A DNA stretch of 64,000 nucleotides from an uncultured bacterium (GTDB lineage Bacteria > JAGRBM01 > JAHCIT01), in NCBI GenBank assembly GCA_964621525.1, contig CAZUMS010000007.1, positions 2,015 to 66,014 on the forward strand, written 5' to 3'. Shown piece after piece: positions 20,211 through 29,213 of the stretch. The notes under the pieces were generated by a model. That model searched no databases. It had not been told where the DNA came from and saw only the letters and a list, made by a program, of their open reading frames with translations. Every line of letters starts with the position of its first letter. The stretch's first letter is position 1. Both the position numbers and the translations under genes were made by a program.

Positions 20211-22205
20211 TCACGGCGGTGGGCGCAAATCAACAACCACCTTTCCGATATTTCCGAGCAGGGTTCCCGCACGCGGGGACTGGTCCACCACGACACCGGA
20301 ACCCCGGAATTCAAACACCACGTTATGCTCACGTCCCCACGCGAGCAGGCGGCGGGTCATCAGGCCGGTAAAATCAGGCAGCCGGTCCGGCGTGCTGCCG
20401 TCGGCGTCCTCGAGCACCGGCACGGTGTCCCGGACGGCCGGGAGCCCCACCTTGCCGTGGTATGCTGCCGGAACCACGGCGGAAGTACCGGCGAGGAGCT
20501 GCGGAAGCTCCCCCACCGTCGGCGAGACCGCCAGAATGGACAACGTCTGCTCGGCGACGGCCCGGAATACGGGTCCCGCCGTGAGACCGCCATAGACGAT
20601 GCCCTGTGGTTCATCGATCGAAACCGCGATCACGAACTTCGGGTCCTGGCTCGGCACGAAGCCGACGAAAGAACCAATACGCGCCTTGGCAGAGTATCCG
20701 CGCTTGTTCGTCTCGTGCTTCTGCGCAGTCCCGGTTTTCCCGGCAATCGAGTAACCCATGACGCTCGCCTGAGCGCCGGTGCCGTCGGGCTCAACGACGG
20801 TTTCCAGAATCTGCGTCAGCGTACGTGCCGTCTTCTCGCTGATGACGCGCTCAAGCTGCGGTTGCTGACTGTCCAGCACCGGAGCGCCGGATGCGTTCCG
20901 CACGCGGGCAAGGAGCCGGGGACGCGGGAGACGGCCGCCGTTGGCGATGGCCGACATGGCCCGGGCTACCTGGAGGGGCGTCACCGAAATACCCTGTCCG
21001 AAAGCTACCGTCGCCCACTGGACATCGCCCATTTTCGCTGTCGGGCCGAGAATTCCCTTTTCTTCGCCGGGAAGATCGATCTCCGAACGGGAACCGAAGC
21101 CAAAGCGGCGCATGTAGTCGAGGTGCGTTTTCTTCCCCAGCTTCTGGGCAATCTTGATGGAGCCGATGTTCGAGCTGAACTTGAGGACTTCTGCCGCGCT
21201 GATAACCTTATGCGGGTGATCGTCGCGGAAGACATTTTTTGCGAATTCCCACTTGCCATTTTCACAGTCGATCTTCGTCGATGTCGAAATTACGCCTTCT
21301 TCGAGGGCGCCAGCGAACAGGAACGTCTTGAGTGTCGAACCGGGCTCCCAGACGCTGCCGATTGCATCGTTGCGCCAGCGGTCCGAGGGGTAACTCCGGT
21401 ACCGGTTCGGATCGAAATCGGGATAATTCGCCATGGCGAGCACGTCGCCGGTCCAGGGGTCCATGACGATGGCCGTTCCGCCCTTGGCTTTCGTACGCTC
21501 GATGCCCGCCTGCAGTTCACGCTCGGCGATCTCCTGGATTCTCGCATCCAGCGTAATGTGGACCGAGTCACCGTCAGTGGACTTCTCCGGTGCTTCCTGC
21601 CCGATCTGGAAAAAGCGGCCGCGCGCATCGCGCTCGCCGACGATCTGCCGGTCCCTGCCCCGTAAAATGGCATCGAAAGCGTATTCAAGACCGGCGAGGC
21701 CATTGGAATCGATTCCTGTAAACCCAAGCACCGGCCCGGCGAGCGAACCGTGCGGATAGATGCGCTTGCTGTCCTCGATGAAATCGATGCCCCGGATTTC
21801 AAGGGCCCGAACCTGTTCGACAACGTCGCGGTCCACCTGCCGGGCAATCCAGACAAAGCTCTTCGGACTGCCCAGTTTCTGGAGCAGGTCGTTCTCCTTC
21901 ACCTTGAGAATTTTCGCCAGCTTCTTCGCCACGGCCGCCGGCTTTTCAATCATGCCGGGGTGGGCCCAGATGCTTTCGGCCGGAACGCTGACGGCCAGTT
22001 CGGTTCCGTTCCGGTCAATGATGCTTCCCCGGGCGGCAGGGATCGTGATGGAGATCTGGTTCTGGGTACGGGCCCATTTCGGCAGCCCGTCCATGGCCTT
22101 CAGTTGAACCGACGCGGCACGCACGACGAGCGCCAGCGACATGAGCACGGCCACCGTGCCCACCCAGACCAGCCGGGTACGGGAGGAGTCCGTTGTGAAG
22201 CTCAC
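20211..22205 (-). CDS. ftsI: Peptidoglycan D,D-transpeptidase FtsI (PBP3-type class B PBP)
   Basis: N-terminal TM anchor, PBP dimerisation region, transpeptidase motifs (STLKTF, SSN, KTGTA). Confidence 0.85.
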   Translation of the reverse strand: MSFTTDSSRTRLVWVGTVAVLMSLALVVRAASVQLKAMDGLPKWARTQNQISITIPAARGSIIDRNGTELAVSVPAESIWAHPGMIEKPAAVAKKLAKILKVKENDLLQKLGSPKSFVWIARQVDRDVVEQVRALEIRGIDFIEDSKRIYPHGSLAGPVLGFTGIDSNGLAGLEYAFDAILRGRDRQIVGERDARGRFFQIGQEAPEKSTDGDSVHITLDARIQEIAERELQAGIERTKAKGGTAIVMDPWTGDVLAMANYPDFDPNRYRSYPSDRWRNDAIGSVWEPGSTLKTFLFAGALEEGVISTSTKIDCENGKWEFAKNVFRDDHPHKVISAAEVLKFSSNIGSIKIAQKLGKKTHLDYMRRFGFGSRSEIDLPGEEKGILGPTAKMGDVQWATVAFGQGISVTPLQVARAMSAIANGGRLPRPRLLARVRNASGAPVLDSQQPQLERVISEKTARTLTQILETVVEPDGTGAQASVMGYSIAGKTGTAQKHETNKRGYSAKARIGSFVGFVPSQDPKFVIAVSIDEPQGIVYGGLTAGPVFRAVAEQTLSILAVSPTVGELPQLLAGTSAVVPAAYHGKVGLPAVRDTVPVLEDADGSTPDRLPDFTGLMTRRLLAWGREHNVVFEFRGSGVVVDQSPRAGTLLGNIGKVVVDLRPPP

Positions 22206-22573
22206 GAATCCTCCTTCACCGGTTCACCGAACACACGACGCATGATCTCGGGCTTCACCTGCAGAACCTGCGCCGGGCTCCTCGGCATGAGTCCAAGCCG
22301 CTTGCGGGAGTCCCGCTCGATGCGGGCCGGGTTCTTGAGGGCCGAAATTTCGGTCAGCAGTTCCTTCTCGCGCATTTCAAGGCTGCGCTCCTCGCGGCGA
22401 AGCTCGCCTGTCCTCATGGCGGCATGCACGAGCTCCGTGCGTGACCAGGCGAACCCGACCCCGAAAGCGAGTGCGAGCGCGAAGGTGCCCGCGATCACGA
22501 GAACGCTGGGGCCGCGGCCGGTGCCCTGCTGGAGCCGGACCGAGCGGCTGGAGGCGAGGGAAACTGTCGTCAT
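22202..22573 (-). CDS. ftsL: Cell division protein FtsL-like (small bitopic coiled-coil protein)
   Basis: About 120 aa, single TM helix followed by a coiled-coil segment; conserved position between rsmH and ftsI with ATGA overlaps on both sides. Confidence 0.6.
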   Translation of the reverse strand: MTTVSLASSRSVRLQQGTGRGPSVLVIAGTFALALAFGVGFAWSRTELVHAAMRTGELRREERSLEMREKELLTEISALKNPARIERDSRKRLGLMPRSPAQVLQVKPEIMRRVFGEPVKEDS

Positions 22574-23502
22574 GCCGCCGCCCTCCGCTCGAGAATCCGG
22601 AGCCGTGCGCTGCGGGCCCGCGGATTTGCTTCCAGTTCGGACTCAGACGGCGCGATATCCTTGAGCGCCCGGTAGGCAGGCACCTCAAGCGGCTGTCCGG
22701 TTACAGGGTCTTTTGCGGCGGACGAGAGCGCCCTGAACGCCTGTTTCACCATCCGGTCCTCGAGGGAGTGGAAGGTGATCACGGCAAACCGTCCTCCGGC
22801 CTTCAGCCGCGGCGGGATGGCCGTGAGCGCATGCTCAAGATTCCCAAGCTCGTCATTCACACGGATGCGGAGCGCCTGAAAGGTCTTCGTGGCGGGGTGA
22901 ATCTTCCGTCCCCGGCGGCCGCCCACGGCCTTTTCGACAACCGACGCCAGTTCGGCCGTCGTCTTTACCGGACGGGCGGCAATGATCGCCCGGGCAATCC
23001 GGCGGCTCTCGGTCTCGCCACCCAGATGGAACAGCGTATCGGCAAGCTGCTTTTCGGAAAGCCCGTTCACGAGGTCGGAAGCCGTCACCCGGAGCTCCGG
23101 GTCGAGGCGCATGTCGAGAGGTTCGTCCTTCTGGAAGGAAAGCCCTTTGCCTTCCAGCTGGAGCGACGACCAGCCGAGATCGAGCAGGACGCCATCCACC
23201 GCAGGAGTCCCTAGTTCGTCCAGGATTTCCGGCAGACGGGCGAAATTCGCGCGCCGGAGGACGACTCGGGTGGCGAGAGGCCCCAGCCGCCCGCCACCCG
23301 TCTCCAGCGCCCGGGGGTCGACGTCCAGCGCGATCACGCGTCCCCCTTCCGGCAGGCGGCGCAGCAGTTCCCTTGTGTGCCCGCCTGCCCCGAACGTACC
23401 GTCGGCATAAAGCCCACCCCGTTCGGGCATGAGCGCACCGGCCGCCTCTTCGAGGAGGACGCTCCGGTGCTCGTCTTCGCGCTGCTCATGCTCTTCCACC
23501 AC
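22570..23502 (-). CDS. rsmH: 16S rRNA (cytosine1402-N4)-methyltransferase RsmH (MraW)
   Basis: GTFGAGGHT SAM motif, DLGWSS..Q motif. Confidence 0.9.
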   Translation of the reverse strand: MVEEHEQREDEHRSVLLEEAAGALMPERGGLYADGTFGAGGHTRELLRRLPEGGRVIALDVDPRALETGGGRLGPLATRVVLRRANFARLPEILDELGTPAVDGVLLDLGWSSLQLEGKGLSFQKDEPLDMRLDPELRVTASDLVNGLSEKQLADTLFHLGGETESRRIARAIIAARPVKTTAELASVVEKAVGGRRGRKIHPATKTFQALRIRVNDELGNLEHALTAIPPRLKAGGRFAVITFHSLEDRMVKQAFRALSSAAKDPVTGQPLEVPAYRALKDIAPSESELEANPRARSARLRILERRAAA

Positions 23503-23518
23503 TCATCCCGAAACTTTC

Positions 23519-23932
23519 TCATTGCCCGCGAACCGGCCGGATCTGCTCGAGATCGGCGGGGTTCCAGAGCTCGAATCCCTTGACGATCGAAACCGCAACG
23601 AGGGAACTGCCAAGTTCCAGCTCCTTGCGAAGGCGCGGCGGCAGAACAAGGCGCCACTGTTCGTCAAACATGCTGTCCGTCGCATCCATCATCAGCTTGC
23701 GGATCTCGTCTTCCTGCGATTCGCTGCCGATCACGTCCAGGCTCTCGGAAAGCTTCTCGAGCCGCGGGGCGAAATAGGCGAACGGAAAGATCTGGCAGCA
23801 GGGTTTTTCGCGGTTGCGCGTGATGAACACACGCCGGTGCGGATCCATCGACTGGAACTCGTCGCGCCACTTTGTCGGCAAGGCGATTCGCCCCTTGCCG
23901 TCCATCGTGATGTCGTGACGTCCAATGAACAC
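23519..23932 (-). CDS. mraZ: Transcriptional regulator MraZ
   Basis: MFIGRHDITMDGKGRIALP, duplicated MraZ (DXXXR) fold; first gene of the dcw cluster. Confidence 0.9.
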   Translation of the reverse strand: MFIGRHDITMDGKGRIALPTKWRDEFQSMDPHRRVFITRNREKPCCQIFPFAYFAPRLEKLSESLDVIGSESQEDEIRKLMMDATDSMFDEQWRLVLPPRLRKELELGSSLVAVSIVKGFELWNPADLEQIRPVRGQ

Positions 23933-24248
23933 CGGTTTTCCCCAACAGCTTCCCGAAAAACCCCAAGACCTTTCGGGTAGTTACGAGCCAAATGGAGAGG
24001 AGATTCATATCTCCACTTTATTCCACTTTGCGCCATTCTCTGCCATCTATGAACCACTGTCAAGAATTCCTTATCAATTTCAGTAGGTTAGCTTCATTTT
24101 CAATGAGCCGTAAGTGCTACGTATGATACTAAATAGCTGCATTTGTCGCCATCAAAGGCACAATAAGTTGTGGTGAAAAGATGGTGAATCCGGCCGATTT
24201 CAGCCGCGTTTTTCCACTGGAGGGGGAATCAGCACCTCGTTGAAGTGC
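23933..24248 (-). promoter_or_regulatory. 316-bp AT-rich non-coding region upstream of mraZ; probable dcw-cluster promoter/operator region
   Basis: Sharp compositional drop (AT-rich, runs like ttattccacttt and tcaattttcaatgag) relative to about 65% GC flanks; lies directly 5' of mraZ. Confidence 0.45.
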
Positions 24249-25301
24249 TCAGGAGCGGGATTTCAACCGTTCATAGACCACGAGTGGCGCAACCATGACA
24301 AGTGTGGCGATCTGCTGCACCAGTACGAGGGTCGAGAGAGCGATCAGTTTGGGCTCGGCGATCTCCCAGGAAGGGGGTAGAAAGTAGAGCAATGCCGCCT
24401 CGCGGGAGCCGGTCCCGAGAAAGCCCGCCGGAATGATCGTCGCGATGCCGAGCACGGCCCAGATCACGAGCACTTGTACCGGCTCAATGACGATCGTTAC
24501 TGCCCGGCAGAACAGGAACAGGGCGATGCCAATAGGCACGAAGGCGGCGAGTGTCGTCAGGACGATCCACACTCGGCCAATGCGCGTCCGTCCCCGGAGC
24601 CACACGCCGATCTGGAACAGCATGCCGCGAATGCCGCCATGATGCGACGTCTCCGCCCCTTCTGGCGCCAACAGGTACCGGGGCACGAGCAGGAAGCCGA
24701 TGAAGATGAACGCCGCCCCCAGTAGCGGAAAGATGCCAAAGACATTAACTGGAACGTCCGCGTAACCGAGCTTCGAAAACGGCAGGACGACCGAGTCGGG
24801 TATCGCGCTGCACCCCAGGCCGAGGACGATCAGCACGGCCGCACCGTCCAGAACTCGCTCCGTAATGCCGGCCGCCAGCGCCGCACTCCAGGAGTAACCT
24901 TCTTCCTTCAGGTCCATACATTTGAAGAAATCGCCAACACGCCCCGGCGTCACCACGCCCCAGAACGCCGCCTTGAGAAAACTGTAGACATGCCTCCAGA
25001 ACCGCCCCGGCTCCGGAGGAGCGCCCTCGCCCGGATGGGCGAACATCGTCCACCGCCAGGCGCGAAAGCCCTGATAGAAAGGTGTCATCCCCATGCCGAG
25101 CAGAACGAGGCCGAGATGGGCGTTCTCGAGTTCGGCCTTTACCTTGCGGATGTCGAACTTGAGAACGAACAGGACGAAAATGCCCACACCGGCAATCTGG
25201 ATGGCGCGCTGGACGAGCGGATGGTTCAGGATGCCCGTTTTCCGGGGCAGACCGGGTTCGACTTCGACGGAAACGGGCGGAATGCCCGGCGATTCGTTCA
25301 C
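24249..25301 (-). CDS. Flippase-like (lysylphosphatidylglycerol-synthase TM region / UPF0104) integral membrane protein
   Basis: About 8 TM helices; PGRVGDFFK and PAGFLGTGSREAALLYFL resemble the conserved PGG(L/V)G(V)RE motifs of the family. Confidence 0.5.
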   Translation of the reverse strand: MNESPGIPPVSVEVEPGLPRKTGILNHPLVQRAIQIAGVGIFVLFVLKFDIRKVKAELENAHLGLVLLGMGMTPFYQGFRAWRWTMFAHPGEGAPPEPGRFWRHVYSFLKAAFWGVVTPGRVGDFFKCMDLKEEGYSWSAALAAGITERVLDGAAVLIVLGLGCSAIPDSVVLPFSKLGYADVPVNVFGIFPLLGAAFIFIGFLLVPRYLLAPEGAETSHHGGIRGMLFQIGVWLRGRTRIGRVWIVLTTLAAFVPIGIALFLFCRAVTIVIEPVQVLVIWAVLGIATIIPAGFLGTGSREAALLYFLPPSWEIAEPKLIALSTLVLVQQIATLVMVAPLVVYERLKSRS

Positions 25302-25309
25302 GGATTCGC

Positions 25310-25588
25310 CTAGATGTCCTCGCCGAACCGGTTGGCGAACAGTTCGCGGGTTTTCTCAAGGAGCACGGCGGCATCCTCGCCCTCGGCAGTCACATCGACT
25401 TCCTCGCCCTGCGAGGCGGCGAGCGTCAGCACTCCCAGAATGGACCGGCCGTTAACCGTCTGGCCATCCTTGGACAGCCAGACCTCCGACTTGTACTTCT
25501 GGAAGAGTTGCACGAGAACGGCCGACGCCCGGGCGTGAAGGCCGAGCCGGTTCACGATCTTGAGCCTGACGGTCGGCATGGAGTTCAA
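25310..25588 (-). CDS. ptsH: Phosphocarrier protein HPr/NPr
   Basis: GLHARAS (His15) and NGRSILGVL (Ser46) signatures; ATGA overlap with upstream EIIA. Confidence 0.85.
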   Translation of the reverse strand: MNSMPTVRLKIVNRLGLHARASAVLVQLFQKYKSEVWLSKDGQTVNGRSILGVLTLAASQGEEVDVTAEGEDAAVLLEKTRELFANRFGEDI

Positions 25589-26013
25589 CCCACCTGCGAC
25601 TTCTCGGCCTTGCGGGGCGAGAGGATTTCACTGGCCAGCGAGATGTTCTGGCGGCCGGCAGCCTTGAGTTCCTGGGCCAGCTCGCCCACGGAAACCCGGT
25701 TCTGGCGGCTTGTCACCATTTTCAACAGCATCGGGAGATTGACGCCCGAGAGGACTTCGACCCGCTCTGGTTCGAGGAACGACAGGCTCACGTTCGACGG
25801 CGTGCCGCCGAACATGTCGGTCAGGATCAGCACGCCTTCGCCTGTGTCCACCTTTTTCATCGCAGCCTTGATCTGCTCGGCAGAAACCTGCGGAGCGTCG
25901 GTGGCGCCCTGCCCCACGACTTCGACCTGCTCCTGGCGGCCGGCGATGAATTCGGCGGCTTCGCGCAGGGCCTGGCCCAGGGAGGCGTGGGTAACGATCA
26001 CAATTCCTATCAA
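25585..26013 (-). CDS. PTS EIIA component, mannose/fructose family
   Basis: IGIVIVTHASLG N-terminus with the phosphorylatable His of the EIIA-Man fold. Confidence 0.75.
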   Translation of the reverse strand: MIGIVIVTHASLGQALREAAEFIAGRQEQVEVVGQGATDAPQVSAEQIKAAMKKVDTGEGVLILTDMFGGTPSNVSLSFLEPERVEVLSGVNLPMLLKMVTSRQNRVSVGELAQELKAAGRQNISLASEILSPRKAEKSQVG

Positions 26014-26077
26014 ACCGGTTCCCCTTCCGTCGGGCAGAACAACCGCGCGGGGTGGGTAACTCCCATGCCCCCCGAGG

Positions 26078-26956
26078 TCAACCCGCCCCTGCGTCTCCCG
26101 GCAGCTCGCGATGACGCACCCGGACCTGATACCCCTGTTCTCTCAAAAAACCGGCCAGCCAGAGGGCAAGGACAACGCTGCGGTGCTGGCCACCTGTGCA
26201 GCCAAAGGCGATGGTGAGCTGGCTCCTGCCCTCCCGAGCGAACCCCGGCAGGGCAGCCGAAATCAGAGCGCCCACATCGGAAGTAAACCCCTTCGCCTCG
26301 GGCCGAGCCATGACGTAGTCGTATACTGCCCGGTCGCTGCCGGTGAGGTCCCGGAGTTTTTCATCCCAGTAGGGGTTCGGCAGAAACCGGACATCGAAAA
26401 TGAAATTTGCCTCAGGCGGGATGCCCTGACGGTAGGCGAACGAGAGTATGTTCACTGCCAGCAGGGATTTCTGATCCACATCGGCTCCGCCGTACTGCCG
26501 GACCAGCAGGGAGCGGAGGTCATGGACCGACAGACCGGTGGTATCAACCACGCGGTTCGCCCGGCTCCTGACGGGCTCGAGCAGCGCCCGTTCCTTCCTG
26601 AGCCCCTCTTCGATCGAATCGTTCCCTTGGGCGAGCGGCGGACGCCTGCGGGTCGCTGTGAACCGGCGCAGCAGTGCCTCGTCGGAAGCTTCCAGGAAGA
26701 TGATCTCGGACGTACGGCCGGCTTCTTTCAGCTTGCGGAGCGCGGGGTCGAGGTCGGCGAGAAATGCCCCTTCGCGGACATCGACCCCCGCAACAACCAT
26801 TCCTTCGGCTCCCGGACGGCGACCGACCAGTTCCGCGAGATCGGGCAACAGACCCGCGGGGATATTGTCCACACAGTAAAAACCAAGATCTTCGAAAGTC
26901 TTAAGCGCCGTCGTCCGTCCGGCTCCAGACATGCCTGTGACAAGGATAAGCCGCAT
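26078..26956 (-). CDS. rapZ: RNase adapter protein RapZ (YhbJ)
   Basis: MRLILVTGMSGAGRTTALK Walker A, RapZ C-terminal region; conserved position after hprK. Confidence 0.9.
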   Translation of the reverse strand: MRLILVTGMSGAGRTTALKTFEDLGFYCVDNIPAGLLPDLAELVGRRPGAEGMVVAGVDVREGAFLADLDPALRKLKEAGRTSEIIFLEASDEALLRRFTATRRRPPLAQGNDSIEEGLRKERALLEPVRSRANRVVDTTGLSVHDLRSLLVRQYGGADVDQKSLLAVNILSFAYRQGIPPEANFIFDVRFLPNPYWDEKLRDLTGSDRAVYDYVMARPEAKGFTSDVGALISAALPGFAREGRSQLTIAFGCTGGQHRSVVLALWLAGFLREQGYQVRVRHRELPGDAGAG

Positions 26957-27925
26957 CTATTCGATATCCTCGTCCGCAGTCCCGGCCCCCGGCTTGCGGT
27001 CGGCGATCCGGCGGATCAGCCGTTCCTCAAATTCCCGGGCGGAATAAATACCCCGTTGCTTGAGCATCTGGTTGCGGGCGGCGACTTCAAGAATAGCCGT
27101 CATGTTACGGCCCGGTGTCACGGGAATAATGAGCAACGGGATCTTCACGCCCATCAGTTCGTGGAACTTCTCCTCGACGCCCAGCCGGTCGTAGTCCTGT
27201 TCCGCCTTCCACTCGACAAGCTGGACGACGAGCTCGATCTTCTTGCGCTCGCGGATCGATGAGATGCCGAACAGCTCCCGCATGTTCAGGATGCCGAGAC
27301 CGCGGATCTCCATGTGGTGCTGGAGCACTGCGCTGCCCATGCCGATCAGGTTCGCCGGCGGACGTTTCATGATCTCGACGACGTCGTCGGCGATGAACCT
27401 GTGCCCGTTCAGAACGAGATCGAGGGCACATTCGCTCTTTCCGATGCCGCTTTTCCCGATCAGCAGGATGCCGATACCGAAAACGTCCACCAGGACGCCG
27501 TGTACTGTCGTCCGTTCGGACAGGGCCTCCTCGAGTTTCCGGGAAACGCGTTGCACGAATACCGTCGTGTCGTGGGCTGTCCGGAGCAGCGGGACGTCCA
27601 TTTTTTCGCAGACCCGGCGCAGGATCTCCGGCACCGGCAGCCGGGACGTGATGACGAACCCGAGCACGCCCGAACGGAGCAGCCGTTCAAGATCGGCCTC
27701 ATGGCCGGAACCGGCACTCTCCAGGTAACTGATCTCGGCCTTGCCAAGGAGCTGAAGCCGTTCGGGATGGTGGTGATCCAGGAAACCGGTGAGGTGAAGG
27801 CCCGTTTTCTGGACTTTTTCGGACGTGACGGTACGTGCGAAAGCGTCATCGCTGCCCGCGATACGTTCGATTTCGAGCGAAAACTCGTCAGGTTCAAGCA
27901 GGTTCGCGAGCCTGATCGTGGTCAT
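26957..27925 (-). CDS. hprK: HPr kinase/phosphorylase
   Basis: GILLIGKSGIGKSECALDL P-loop and HprK C-terminal catalytic domain. Confidence 0.9.
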   Translation of the reverse strand: MTTIRLANLLEPDEFSLEIERIAGSDDAFARTVTSEKVQKTGLHLTGFLDHHHPERLQLLGKAEISYLESAGSGHEADLERLLRSGVLGFVITSRLPVPEILRRVCEKMDVPLLRTAHDTTVFVQRVSRKLEEALSERTTVHGVLVDVFGIGILLIGKSGIGKSECALDLVLNGHRFIADDVVEIMKRPPANLIGMGSAVLQHHMEIRGLGILNMRELFGISSIRERKKIELVVQLVEWKAEQDYDRLGVEEKFHELMGVKIPLLIIPVTPGRNMTAILEVAARNQMLKQRGIYSAREFEERLIRRIADRKPGAGTADEDIE

Positions 27926-27956
27926 CCGGCCTCCCGGGGTGGGAACGACGGAGAGT

Positions 27957-28427
27957 CTACGCTACGCGGTCGTCCGCGTCTAAGAGGGCGGCCGAGATTC
28001 CTTCCCCGTCCCGGCTGGCCATGAGCCGGCTGCGGCAGGCAGGATCCTTGAGAAGCCGCGCGAGCCGGGCCAGCACCTTGAGATGATGGGCCGGATCGTT
28101 GTCGGGTGCGAGGAGCCCCACAAACAGGCGGGTCGGTTCACCGTCTGCCGATCCAAACGGAATCCCCTGTGGATGAAGCCCCACGACGACCACTACTTCT
28201 GGCAGGCCCCGGATCTTTCCGTGAGGAATCGCAACGCCTTCGGTGAGCGCTGTCGAACCCAGCCGCTCCCGCTCGGTAAGCGCATGCCGGATGACTGAAG
28301 CCTCGCAGCCGCCGCAACCGGCGGCGAGCACCGACAGCTCGGCAACCACCTCGTCGGCGTTCGTCCCCCTTAGGGCGGGCTCGAAACGGGCCCTCGTTGT
28401 GAGTATCGGCCTGATCTTCATCGTCAC
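27957..28427 (-). CDS. ptsN: PTS EIIA-Ntr nitrogen regulatory protein
   Basis: EIIA(Fru/Ntr) fold with the conserved His in GVAIPHGK; position between hpf and hprK. Confidence 0.8.
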   Translation of the reverse strand: MTMKIRPILTTRARFEPALRGTNADEVVAELSVLAAGCGGCEASVIRHALTERERLGSTALTEGVAIPHGKIRGLPEVVVVVGLHPQGIPFGSADGEPTRLFVGLLAPDNDPAHHLKVLARLARLLKDPACRSRLMASRDGEGISAALLDADDRVA

Positions 28428-28521
28428 TCGCGCTGAGGGTCCGCGGGAAATGCAGACCGCATGCCCCGGTTAGCCGACACCGCCCGCACGGGCAACCCTC
28501 CGGAGCCGTTTTCCGCGAGGT

Positions 28522-28558
28522 CAGAAAGGAAAACGGGCAGCCCCTCCGGGGCCGCCCG
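28522..28558 (-). terminator. Intrinsic terminator downstream of hpf
   Basis: On the minus strand, stem gggcggcccc-gga-ggggctgccc is followed by gttttcctttc; lies about 25 nt after the hpf stop. An adjacent second inverted repeat ccgttttcc/ggaaaacgg is at 28506-28535. Confidence 0.45.
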
Positions 28559-28581
28559 CCATCCTGCTCGAAGGCCTTCGC

Positions 28582-29136
28582 TCAGTCTTCGGGAACGATG
28601 AGCCCCAGCGCCCCGTCCTTGCGCTTGTAGACCACATTGATCTCGTCGCTCTGGACGTTCCGGAACACGAGGAACTTGTTCTTCATATAGTCGAGCTGGA
28701 GCGCTGCCTCGTCCACGCTCATGGGCTTGCCGGCGACCGGCTCGATCCGGATGATCTGCGGCCCGGTCCCGCCCCTCGTATCCGCCCGGGAAGCCTTCTT
28801 CACGGTCTCCTTCGCCGCTTCCTTGTAGGAACCCGCGTGTGTCGAACCGTGATGCTGCTTCGCCTTGTCCTTGTGGCGGCGGAGCTGCTTCTCGATCTTG
28901 TCGATGGCGAAATCGAGCGTCGCGTACATGTCGGAGGTCGAATGCTCCGCTTTCACCAGCGTCCCATGCGCCTCGATCTGGATTGCCGCCCGGTGGCGAT
29001 CCTTCTCCGCGGTCAAGGTGACATGGGCCTCGATCGGTTCGTCGAGGTATTTCTTGACCTTCTGGAGCTTCGTATCCACGTATCCCCGGAGGGCATCGCT
29101 GGACGGCATGTGCCGGAAGGTGACGTTGGTCTGCAT
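28582..29136 (-). CDS. hpf: Ribosome hibernation promoting factor (long form)
   Basis: MQTNVTFRHM...S30AE/YfiA fold plus C-terminal dimerisation extension; directly downstream of rpoN. Confidence 0.9.
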   Translation of the reverse strand: MQTNVTFRHMPSSDALRGYVDTKLQKVKKYLDEPIEAHVTLTAEKDRHRAAIQIEAHGTLVKAEHSTSDMYATLDFAIDKIEKQLRRHKDKAKQHHGSTHAGSYKEAAKETVKKASRADTRGGTGPQIIRIEPVAGKPMSVDEAALQLDYMKNKFLVFRNVQSDEINVVYKRKDGALGLIVPED

Positions 29137-29213
29137 GATGTGTTGGTCGGTTCCTTTCGATTGGGTTGGGGCTGGCGGCTCTGCTCCCTTGCGGGGCCTG
29201 TCCGGCCTGGATA

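Noticed and set aside
20016-21665. 549-aa plus-strand ORF antisense to murE/ftsI
   Set aside because: Antisense artefact; no motifs.
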